From Mobula hypostoma (taxonomy: Eukaryota), in assembly GCF_963921235.1 (NCBI RefSeq), contig NC_086108.1:114702001-114766000 (forward strand): 64,000 bases of DNA, given 5' to 3'. Made by a program: the position numbers and the translations under genes. Numbering within the stretch: the stretch's first letter is position 1; each line of letters opens with the position of its first letter. The notes beneath the pieces were generated by a model, which was not told the DNA's origin, searched no databases, and saw nothing but the letters and a program-made list of their open reading frames with translations. Shown in pieces: positions 48,573 through 59,831 of the stretch.

Positions 48573-49716
48573 GTATCCCTGCAGCTTCCACGGGTAAAGG
48601 CACCATTGGCATAGACAGAACGGGCAGACAGTTTCCTCTCCCCAGTGTGGGAATGTATAACACTGACAGCCTGCATTTAAGGGGAGAGAGGGGGTAACTT
48701 CAAAGGAGGTGTGTGGGATCAGTTTTTTTTTACACAGTGAAAAATGCAGTGCCTCGGTTGCTGGTGAAAGCTAACACAAAAAGTAGATCTGGCCCAGTAA
48801 TTTCTGGGTAAAGACCTCCCACTAACTGAGCACATCTACATGAAATGCTGTCAAAGGAGAACAGCATCCATCATCAGGGACCTCCACCACCCAGGACATG
48901 CTGCTGCCATCTGGAAGACAATACAAGAGCCTCAGGACTCTCACCACCAGATTTAGGAACAGTTACTACACCTCAGCCATGGTGACATACAGTGCTTATA
49001 AAAAGTATTCACCCCTCCCCTTGGAAGTTTACATGTTTTATTGTTTTACAACATTAAATCCACTGTGATTCAATTTTTTTGATGCTGATCAACAGAGAAG
49101 ACGCTTGTGTCAAAGTGAAAAATTTCTACAAATTGGTCTAAATTTATCACAATTACTAAACATAATCTGATTACATAATTACTTAACCCCTTCAAGTCAG
49201 TATTTAGTAGATGTACCTTTGGCAGCAATCATAGCCTTGAGTCTGTGTGGACAGATCTCTATCAGCTTTGCACATCTGGACACTGCAATTTTTCCCCATT
49301 CTTCTTTACAAGACTGTTCAAGCTCGGTCAGATTACATAGGGATCATGGGTGAACAGCCCTTTTCAAGTCCAGCCACAAATTCTCAATTGGATTAGGGTC
49401 TGGACTCTGACTTGGCCTCTCCAGGACATTAACCTTGTTGTTTTTAAGCCATGTCTGTGTATCTTTGGCTTTATGCTTGGGGTCATTGTCTTACTGGAAA
49501 ACCAATCTTCTCCCAAGTCGCAGTTCCCTTACAGACTGCATTACATTTTCCTCCAGGATTTCCCTGTATTTTGCTGCATTCATTTTACTCTCTACCTTCA
49601 CAAGCCTTCCAGGGCCTGCTGCAGTGAGGCATCCCCACAGCATGATGCAGCCACATCCATGCTTCATGGTAGGGATGGTGTGTTTTTGATGATGTGCAGT
49701 GTTTTGTCTTGTGGCC

Positions 49717-52700
49717 AAAAATTTTACCTGACCTCCCTGATTTGCAATTCTTGTAACGAACTGAAGGACTTCATAAAGTACATCTTGCCGACTGTTTGTG
49801 TGAAAAGACCTTAAACTTGCTAGAACTGAGGATGAATCTGAACATATCAATGCTTTGGCTTGTCTGGCTTTCTGCACCCATTGCAACGCAACCAACACTG
49901 CCAGCATCTCCACTGTAAACACCCCTAACTTATTAGATGTTCTTCTGCTGATTCCAATTTCTTTTGCTGGTATTACCACCCCAAACCCTGTCACTCCTGT
50001 TTCAGGTTCCTTCGCACCATCCGTATAAATGTGAGTATAATCACTATACTTTTCCATCACATGACAGTTAAATGCATTTACCAAATCTGTTTTATATCTT
50101 TCTTTCCTTTTTACCTCTAACAAATGCCAGTCTATGTCAGGCCATACAAGCTTCCATGGTTGCACTGGGTTTTGAGCAATGAGGAAGGGTTAATTAGCGA
50201 TCTTGTTGTGAGAGGCCCCTTGGGTAAGAGTGACCATAATATGGTGGAATTCTTCATTAATATGGAGAGTGACATAGTTAATTCAGAAACAAAGGTTCTG
50301 AACTTAAAGAAGGGGAACTTTGAAGGTATGAGACGTGAATTAGCTAAGATAGACTGGCAAATGACACTTAAAGGATTGACGGTGGATATGCAATGGCAAG
50401 CATTTATAGGTTGCATGGATGAACTACAACAATTGTTCATCCCAGTTTGGCAAAAGAATAAATCAAGGAAGGTAGTGCACCCGTGGCTGACAAGAGAAAT
50501 TAGGGATAGTATCAATTCCAAAGAAGTAGCATACAAATTAGCCAGAGAAAGTGGCTCACCTGAGGACTGGGAGAAATTCAGAGTTCAGCAGGGGAGGACA
50601 AAGGGCTTAATTAGGAAGGGGAAAAAAGATTATGAGAGAAAACTGGCAGAGAACATAAAAACGGACTGTAAAAGCTTTTATAGATATGTAAAAAGGAAAA
50701 GACTGGTAAAGACAAATGTAGGTCCCCTGCAGACAGAAACAGGTGAATTGATTATGGGGAGCAAGGACATGGCAGACCAATTGAATAATTACTTTGGTTC
50801 TGTCTTCACTAAGGAGGACATAAATAATCTTCCAGAAATAGTAAGGGACAGAGGGTCCAGTGAGATGGAGGAACTGAGTGAAATACATGTTAGTAGGGAA
50901 GTGGTGTTAGGTAAATTGAAGGGATTGAAGGCAGATAAATCCCCAGGGCCAGATGGTCTGCATCCTAGAGTGCTTAAGGAAGTAGCCCAAGAAATAGTGG
51001 ATGCATTAGTGATAATTTTTCAAAACTCGTTAGATTCTGGACTAGTTCCTGAGGATTGGAGGGTGGCTAATGTAACCCCAATTTTTAAAAAAGGAGGGAG
51101 AGAGAAACCGGGGAATTATAGACCGGTTAGCCTAACGTCGGTGGTGGGGAAACTGCTGGAGTCAGTTATCAAGGATGTGATAACAGCACATTTGGAAAGC
51201 GGAGAAATGATCGGACAAAGTCAGCATGGATTTGTGAAAGGAAAATCATGTCTGACGAATCTCATAGAATTTTTTGAGGATGTAACTAGTAGAGTGGATA
51301 GGGGAAAACCAGTGGATGTGGTATATTTGGATTTTCAAAAGGCTTTTGACAAGGTCCCACACAGGAGATTAGTGTGCAAACTTAAAGCACACGGTATTGG
51401 GGGTAAGGTATTGGTGTGGGTGGAGAATTGGTTAGCAGACAGGAAGCAAAGAGTGGGAATAAACGGGACCTTTTCAGAATGGCAGGCGGTGACTAGTGGG
51501 GTACCGCAAGGCTCAGTGCTGGGACCCCAGTTGTTTACAATATATATTAATGACTTGGATGAGGGAATTAAATGCAGCATCTCCAAGTTTGCGGATGACA
51601 CGAAGCTGGGCGGCAGTGTTAGCAGTGAGGAGGATGCTAAGAGGATGCAGGGTGACTTGGATAGGTTGGGTGAGTGGGCAAACTCATGGCAGATGCAATT
51701 TAATGTGGATAAATGTGAAGTTATCCACTTTGGTGGCAAAAATAGGAAAACAGATTATTATCTGAATGGTGGCCGATTAGGAAAAGGGGAGGTGCAACGA
51801 GACCTGGGTGTCATTATACACCAGTCATTGAAAGTGGGCATGCAGGTACAGCAGGCGGTGAAAAAGGCGAATGGTATGCTGGCATTTATAGCGAGAGGAT
51901 TCGAGTACAGGAGCAGGGAGGTACTACTGCAGTTGTACAAGGCCTTGGTGAGACCACACCTGGAGTATTGTGTGCAGTTTTGGTCCCCTAATCTGAGGAA
52001 AGACATCTTTGCCATAGAGGGAGTACAAAGAAGGTTCACCAGATTGATTCCTGGGATGGCAGGACTTTCATATGAAGAAAGACTGGATGAACTGGGCTTG
52101 TACTCGTTGGAATTTAGAAGATTGGGGGGGGATCTGATTGAAACGTATAAGATCCTAAAGGGATTGGACAGGCTAGATGCAGGAAGATTGTTCCCGATGT
52201 AGGGGAAGTCCAGAACGAGGGGTCACAGTTTGAGGATAGAGGGGAAGCCTTTTAGGACCGAGATTAGGAAAAACTTCTTCACACAGAGAGTGGTGAATCT
52301 GTGGAATTCTCTGCCACAGGAAACTGTTGAGGCCAGTTCATTGGCTATGTTTAAGAGGGAGTTAGATATGGCCCTTGTGGCTACAGGGATCAGGGGGTAT
52401 GGAGGGAAGGCTGGGGCGGGGTTCTGAGTTGGATGATCAGCCATGATCATAATAAATGGCGGTGCAGGCTCAAAGGGCCGAATGGCCTACTCCTGCACCT
52501 ATTTTCTATGTTTCTATGTTTCCACATCATATCATAGGCTTTTTCAATGTCAAAGAACACTGCCACTACTGACTCTCTATTTGCCTGGGCCTTCCTTATT
52601 TCAGTCTCTAACATAATCACGAAGTCCATGGAATTCCTTCCCTTTCTAAAACCACTCTGATAACTTGCCAGCATTCCCCTCTTCTCAAGCTCATATGATA

Positions 52701-55700
52701 ACCTTTCTGTTATCATCCTTTCCATTATCTTACATATACTTGATGTTAATGCAATTGGTCTGTAGCTAGTGGGTTTTGACAGATCCTTGCCAGGCTTCCT
52801 TATTGGAATTACTACTGCTTCTTTCCATGTACTTGGTAATATTCCCTCCTCCCACACTCTGTTATAAAAATGCAGCAACTTCAAGAGCGCTCCTTCTCCT
52901 AGATTTTTTAGCATCACAGAGCATATCAGATCTTTCCCTGGGGAGGTTGGTCTCGATCTCTTTATTGCTCTCACCATTTCTGCTAATGTAAATGGATCAT
53001 CAATCATATCATCTGTTCCTTCCCTCCTGCTTAACACACCTGGGTGTTGGCTCATTATTCTTTCCCTTCTTCTTCTCCCTTCTTCAGACAAATTTTCTGA
53101 ACTGTGTATCAGTACAAATGACTTGGCCATGACCTCAGCCTTATCCCTACTGGAGACTGCAGTTTCCTCCTCAGATATCATTACTGGATATTCCCATTCC
53201 CTTCTATCTCCTCCCATCCTCTTAATCATTCCCCATATCTCTCCCACAGGTGTTGTTCTTCCTACCTTGTCGCAAAAACTCCTCCAACTTGCCCTTTTAG
53301 CTTGACGTATAGTTCTTCTCACCACTGCCTGTACTTTCTTATATTGAACCGAATGCTGCATATTATGGGTTCTTTTAACTAGCCTGAATGCTCTATTTCT
53401 GTTTTTTACAGCCTGACAACATTCCTCTGTCCACCATGGTACCAGTTTTCTATTCATCCTATTTTTACTCCTCGGTATAGATCCTTCTGCTGCCATGATA
53501 ATTGCTGAAGTCACCTGACTGTTTAATTCATCTACATTTCCAGAAATATCAATCTTTGTCAACCCTTCTTCACTCAACTTCTGGAACTTACCCCAATCAG
53601 CTTTTCCAAACACCCACTTTGGGGTTCCGCCACCTGGTCTTACTTCAACTCTTTCACCCATTGAACACAAAACTGGGTAGTGATCACTGCCTACTGTTGA
53701 AGCAGTCCAAACTCCCCAGTTACTAATGCCAGCCAAGGTATTAGACACTAACGTAATATCTAACACTGACTCAGTTCCTGTTGTTATATCTATCCTTGTG
53801 CCGCTACCATCATTCATACACACCAAATCCCTTTCTTCCATCAAATCTTCAATTACCTTTCCATTTGGATCTGTAATCTGATCCCCCATATTGTGCTATG
53901 AGCATTGAAATCTGCACACCACACTACTTTATGTCTGTTTTGTCCTTGTATCTTTAATAGGCTGTCCAAATCCAACCTTTTACATGGATTGTAGTAGTTA
54001 ATTATAACCACTCCCTTCCCTCTCTCCCACACTTCCACCACTATGTATTCCTGATCATCTCCTTTCTCCAGTACCCTATATGGTATACCTTGCTTGATTA
54101 ACATAGCACAACCCCCTCCTCCCCCTAGATTTCTATCTTTCCTTATCATTGTATACCCATATACCACAAAGTCTAAAGTTGGTTCCAACCAAGTTGCCTG
54201 AATACACACTACATCCGGTTTTACAACCATTTCTTTAATAAAGTGCTTGAATTCCTGGCTATTGGCCAGTAAGCTCCTTGCATTCCATTGTAAAAGAATC
54301 ACCATAATTAGTATTAACCAACACATGACACTTCCTGGCTTGACTGATTACTGAGGTTCTCCCTCACTTCCTCCCATGTCAGTCCTACTAACCCTAAATG
54401 GTTTACTGCTGCTTTTACCACCAGCTGAATTTTGTCACTTTTTGACTTTACCTCAGCCGTACTATTAATCACTCCTGCAATGAATGTTTCTAGAGCCTTT
54501 TTGTCTACATAAATCCTGTCATTAGTTCTTTGTTGCATCTCTCATATCCCTATTGCTCCCTGTTCATTAGGAGCATTATTCTGTTCTCTTGACATTCTTA
54601 CAGCTTCTGCATAAGTGATCTTTCTTTTCACTCTTATTTCTTGAATTTTAGTCTCCCGTCTGACAACCTCACACCCACTATATGCAACATTATGAGCTCC
54701 TCCACAATTACAGCATTTTGGTTGAACTCCTGTTCCACACTTTCCATATTCATGATCACCCCCACATCTAGCACATCTCCTCTGCCTTTTACAGTTTTTA
54801 GCCATGTGTCCAAACCTTTGACAATTATAGCACCTCAATGGCTTTGGCACATACACCCTTACTGGGTAACTCATGAAACCCAGGAACACCTTCCTTGGCA
54901 CTCTTTCTTCTTCAAATTCAATCAATACAGATTCACTTTCCTTTTTCACTCCCTCCTTTGTTGTTTTCAGTCTTTGAACATTCATTACTTTCCCTCCTTT
55001 GATATTCCTCTTTATCTCCTCCATATTTATACTCATTGGTATCCCCGTGATCACACCTTTACAACCACTGTTGTGTGCTCCCACCCTCCCAGTGTATTCC
55101 ACTTTGCATTTTCCTATCTCTTTTAGCTTGAGTGCTTTCTCAAGTTGTTCCTCATTCGCACATCTTACCAATAAGTTGCCATCATTAAGGACTTTTGCAA
55201 ATACTATTTCCCCTATCTTATTTGTCAGAGTTGTTGTTAGCACAAACGGGTTAATTTTCTTCATATGTCCCTGAGCCTTCTCATTAAACCTAATTATGAC
55301 AACACCTCCTCTCTGAGCTTGTTCATCTTCCTCACTTTCAGAGCTTTCTCCACTATCATTTCTTATTCTTTTATTCCCTTTGTCTTGGTTTTTATTCATC
55401 CGACCCCTCACTACCTCCTCATTCCCTTTATTTCTCCCTTCACAATAATCCACCTCTCCCCAGCAGCCTACCTCTGGTCCCAAGTCTCTATCCCTCTCCT
55501 TCTCCACTTTCTTTCCCTCAACCCAGCCTCTTATCTTGTCCGCCATTACTGGACCCACATGACCCCCTCCCAGCAATTTCCGTTCCTTCCCCACTCTCTT
55601 TCCCTCAACAGGTTCCAAACCACATTCACGCATCAAGCAAAACACAGCCAGCTTCCAGTCGAGCCAACTCAGCCACTCCCTTCTCAGACGCCGGATTGCC

Positions 55701-55731
55701 AGGCCACTCCTGAACGGAGCACGACTCCCGA
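49717..55731 (-). mobile_element. I-group (Nimb-like) LINE: gag-like ORF1 with three CCHC knuckles; ORF2 with APE, partial RT and RNase H
   Basis: ORF1 from probable ATG 55546 to 54314 (CYNCQRFGHMAKNC, CARCGGDHEYGKC, CCNCGGAHNVAYSGC; one TGA at 54542-54544); ORF2 ATG 54305 (LQWNARSL, ADFNAH, GSDHYP, YRPIALTS, FFDIEKAYD); RNase H YTDGAK...EMLAV...CSDSSS at 49720-50040. Confidence 0.88.
50164..52520 (+). mobile_element. Young CR1 copy (5'-truncated ORF2) inserted into the Nimb-like ORF2
   Basis: ORF 50124-52202 nearly identical to the 29304-32102 protein; TAG at 52200-52202; (tttctatg)n tail; no TSD. Confidence 0.95.
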
Positions 55732-56281
55732 CCAGCAGTTGGACCTTCCAGATCCGGCGCCTCTCCAGCAGTTGGACCTTCCAGATATTGGTGTATTTTT
55801 ACTACGATCAATTGAAACACCTTGACTGCACACAGATGATCTCCACTTAACTAATTATCTGACTTCCAAAACCAATTGGCTGCACCAGTGATGATTTGGT
55901 GTGTCATATTAAAGGAATGAATACTTTTGCAGTCAATTACTTTGTATTTTATATTTGTAATTAATTTAGATCACTTTGTAGGAATCTGTTTTCACTTTGA
56001 CGTGAAGGACACTTTTTCTGTTCATCAGTGTCAAAAAAAATCAAAGTAAGTTCGCTGTGATTCAATGTTATAAAACATGAAAACTTCCAAGGAGATAAAT
56101 ACTGTAAACTTTGGAGGCAATTGGTGCGCTTCGAGAAGCACTTGGATGTGTAGGGAATGGGGGGATATGGACACTGTTGTTGGTTGTCAGTCTTTGTTTA
56201 TGTATGGTTTTTCATAAATTATATTGAATCTATTTACCTTCCAGTCAATGCCTGCAAAAAAAATGAATCTCAGGGTGGAGT

Positions 56282-56890
56282 GTGTGTGTGGCCTCCGTCG
56301 GTCGTAGTCGACCACGGGTGCTGCGCCTCTGGTAGTCACTGGGAGTGACCTCTCCCAGGGCAGGGCAGAGTTGACATGGAGATCCGTCTGTTGCCCATGC
56401 AGTGGAATCCCCTCTCCATGCTGATGACGAGTCCAAAGGAATGACGAAAGTCGATACAGTTTGGTGCCAGCAGCATCGCAGGAGTTTCCGTGCCGGCGCT
56501 GGGTACAGCAGTCAGCCGCCTTCCGGACTCCGACTCCGGATTTTTCCTCGGGGTTTACTCCCAAGGCCTTTCCCGTGAGCGGGTATAGCCACAAGACAGT
56601 GGAGGTTTGAAATCGGAGTTTTCCCTCTCCTAGATGAGCTGCCATATGTGGTTAATGAGCCCTGTCTGCCCGGAGCAACTGATTTTAAGGTGCCAGTAGC
56701 CTGACTTTGCCCCTTCTCCTGTCAGTGAGAACAGCTCCGCCAGGCATAAGAACTAGGCCACACGTGAAGGCCGGGAGTTGGACTTGGTTGTCAGAGGCTG
56801 TTTGAGACGCGCACCATGAAGAACATTTGCTTAGCAGTGGGAGCTCATCCCCACTACCACCATTTGGCTATGACTACCTTTGGAGCCTAA
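56282..56890 (-). mobile_element. RTE-related non-autonomous element, ~600 bp, GC-rich
   Basis: Minus strand has ctaggagagggaaaactccgatttcaaacc (RTE 5'-UTR-like) and ends cgtggtcgactacgaccgacggaggc(ca)n; flanked by agggtgg/aaggtgg inside a Rex1 3' tail. Confidence 0.5.
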
Positions 56891-57943
56891 AGGTGGTACA
56901 TAGTGACATATACATACTTTGATAATAACGACTTTGAATTCTGAAATTTGATTGTGTAGGTGGAAGGATTAGTTCAGCTGTCCATTTGATTACTAATTTA
57001 ATTGGTTCGGCACAACACTATGGGCCAAAGGGCCCACCCTGTGCTGTACTGTTCTATGCCCCATGTTGCAGTGTGGATATCCCCAATGTCTATAAGGTGA
57101 TGTTGGAGCAGTGGATATAGCTGAAGTGCCAGATGACATTGAACCTGGATCTCCCGATTGCTGATATTGCATGGTGTTGTGCTAATCCTACACCACCGTG
57201 CTGCCCTTTAGATGGTTGAAGGCAGGGGTTCTCAGCCTGGGCTCTACAGACCCCTTGATAGGGGTCCCTGGCATAAGAAGGTTGGAGACCCCTGATTTAA
57301 AGAGATTTAGGCCAAATGCAGGCAAATGGGACTAGCTCAGTAAGGTACCTTGGTCAGAATCAAAGATATGAGCCAAATGGCCTGCTTCTCTGCTGCATTA
57401 CTCTCTGCTTCTAGAACTTCCTTGTGACTCTGTGGTCGGGACCAGAACTCTGAAGCCTCGATACCAGATGATCCCTGAGAACCCTCTTCAGAATTAAGGG
57501 GAGTGTTTCTCCCCAGACAGGGAACCGGAATAAATCAGAGTCAGTTATTATCACTGACATCTGTCATGAAATTTGTTTTGCAGCTGCAGTGCAAGACATA
57601 ATTATTATGTTACAGTAGGAGGTATATTTTAAGCCAAAGTAGTGCAAAAAGAGCACAAAATAGTGAATTAGTGTTCATGGTCTGTTTAGAAACCTGACGG
57701 CAGAGGGGAAGAAGCTCTTCCTAAAATGTTGAATGTGTGTCTTCAGGCCCCCATGTCTTTCATGATGGTAGTAATGAGAAGAGGGCATGTCCCAGATGGC
57801 AAGGGTCCTTAGTGATGGATGCCAACCTCATGAGGCATGGCCTTTTGAAGATTTGGAGTTGGGTATAAGAAGAGAGGGGAAAGACGGTTGGGGGATTGGG
57901 GCTGATGATCTCGCGCTGCTAATACAATTATGTATCCGTACAG

Positions 57944-58082
57944 GTCACCCGTCTGTTGCTGAGGTTTGGAGCGGATGCCAGTGTCAGCGGAGAGGTTGGC
58001 GATAGACCCCTACACCTCGCCTGTGCGAAGGGCTACCTCAACATTGTCAAACTGCTGCTTACGGAGGCTAGCTCGGCCGACG
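57944..58082 (+). CDS. TNNI3K: TNNI3K coding exon 7 ([46 protein letters not shown])
   Basis: Acceptor tatccgtacag|, donor G|gtgaga; 139 nt. The next exon (expected VNAQDNEDHVPLH...) was not found before 64000. Confidence 0.96.
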
Positions 58083-58373
58083 GTGAGACCACTGTAACAG
58101 GGCAACACGGGGACGGTTTGTGTCATCGTGGGCTGTGCTCCAGACCTGGGCTCTGGCTGACGGATTCCCGTTCCAGGCTGTGGGGGGCGGGGCTGGGCAA
58201 CCTGGAAGTCGGAAGCCGGGCAACCTGGAAGTCGGAAGCCAGACAATCGAGAACTGCTTCCTTACTCCGAGCACAGGAATAGAAAAAGGTTGTTCGGCCT
58301 GTCTAACCTATCCCACCATCAATGTAACCATAGCTGATCCGCTCCAGGCTACATCTCCTCTTCAGTGGCAATC

Positions 58374-59503
58374 GGTATTGGGGGTAAGGTATTGGTGTGG
58401 GTGGAGAATTGGTTAGCAGACAGGAAGCAAAGAGTGGGAATAAACGGGACCTTTTCAGAATGGCAGGCGGTGACTAGTGGGGTACCGCAAGGCTCAGTGC
58501 TGGGACCCCAGTTGTTTACAATATATATTAATGACTTGGATGAGGGAATTAAATGCAGCATCTCCAAGTTTGCGGATGACACGAAGCTGGGCGGCAGTGT
58601 TAGCAGTGAGGAGGATGCTAAGAGGATGCAGGGTGACTTGGATAGGTTGGGTAAGTGGGCAAACTCATGGCAGATGCAATTTAATGTGGATAAATGTGAC
58701 ATTATCCACTTTGGTGGCAAAAATAGGAAAACAGATTATTATCTGAATGGTGGCCGATTAGGAAAAGGGGAGGTGCAACGAGACCTGGGTGTCATTATAC
58801 ACCAGTCATTGAAAGTGGGCATGCAGGTACAGCAGGTACAGCAGGCGGTGAAAAAGGCGAACGGTATGCTGGCATTTATAGTGAGAGGATTCGAGTACAG
58901 GAGCAGGGAGGTACTACTGCAGTTGTACAAGGCCTTGGTGAGACCACACCTGGAGTATTGTGTGCAGTTTTGGTCCCCTAATCTGAGGAAAGACATCTTT
59001 GCCATAGAGGGAGTACAAAGAAGGTTCACCAGATTGATTCCTGGGATGGCAGGTCTTTCATATGAAGAAAGACTGGATGAACTGGGCTTGTACTCGTTGG
59101 AATTTAGAAGATTGAGGGGGGATCTGATTGAAACGTATAAGATCCTAAAGGGATTGGACAGGCTAGATGCGGGAAGATTGTTCCCGATGTTGGGGAGGTC
59201 TAGAACGAGGGGTCACAGTTTGAGGATAGAGGGGAAGCCTTTTAGGACCGAGGTTAGGAAAAACTTCTTCACACAGAGAGTGGTGAATCTGTGGAATTCT
59301 CTGCCACAGCAAACTGTTGAGGCCAGTTCATTAGCTATGTTTAAAAGGAAGTTAGATATGGCCCTTGTGGCTACAGGGGTCAGGGGGTATGGAGGGAAGG
59401 CTGGGTTCTGAGTTGGATGATCAGCCATGATCATAATAAATGGCGGTGCAGGCTCGAAGGGCCGAATGGCCTACTCCTGCACCTATTTTCTATGTTTCTA
59501 TGT
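58374..59503 (+). mobile_element. Young CR1 copy (3' 1.1 kb), 290 bp downstream of TNNI3K exon 7
   Basis: ORF 58365-59411 open to its natural stop; AATC duplication at 58370-58373 and 59504-59507; in-frame 9-bp duplication (VQQVQQ). Confidence 0.95.
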
Positions 59504-59831
59504 AATCCCCCATCACCCTCAAACCCCTGACCTGTCAAACATTTCTCTCCCTCCTCTTTACACACTCCCAGTGATTCCGTCTCCACACCCCCGGGTGGAA
59601 AATTACACAGATTCCCTTCCTTCTGTGAGAAGCCCCGGCACACCTCAGTTTTAAATGTCTGCCCCCTAATCCTGTAACTGTCCCTTTGATTGAGGCATTC
59701 CCACTGGTTGAAACACCTTCACATCTCCCCTGTTGCATCCCCTCAGGATCTAAGATGTTTCATTAAGATCACCCACATTCTGCTAAACTCCACAGGATAT
59801 AGATTCAACTTCTTTAACAGCTCCTGATAGC

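Larger units (their letters stand above)
48990..56104 (-). mobile_element. Tc1/mariner transposon (long IR/DR-type TIRs), defective, split by a nested LINE
   Basis: TA|CAGTG at 48988-48994 and ACTG|TA at 56101-56106; ~200-bp degenerate inverted ends; transposase C-half TMKHGCGCIMLWGC...YREILEEN...FQ*DNDPKH...[11 protein letters not shown] at ~49250-49716. Confidence 0.85.

Noticed and set aside
54542..55645. Host zinc-knuckle gene or retroviral gag
   Set aside because: Directly followed by an APE-RT-RNase H ORF2 with no protease, integrase or LTRs, so it is a LINE ORF1.
58195..58240. Duplicated gggcaacctggaagtcggaagcc with ETS-like GGAAG motifs after exon 7
   Set aside because: Only two copies of a 23-bp unit and no independent evidence of function.
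38315..58282. ORF-track entries 38315-38713, 45035-45259, 46719-46982 and 57956-58282 as standalone ankyrin genes
   Set aside because: Each is a TNNI3K exon read through into intron; similarity ends at canonical splice sites.
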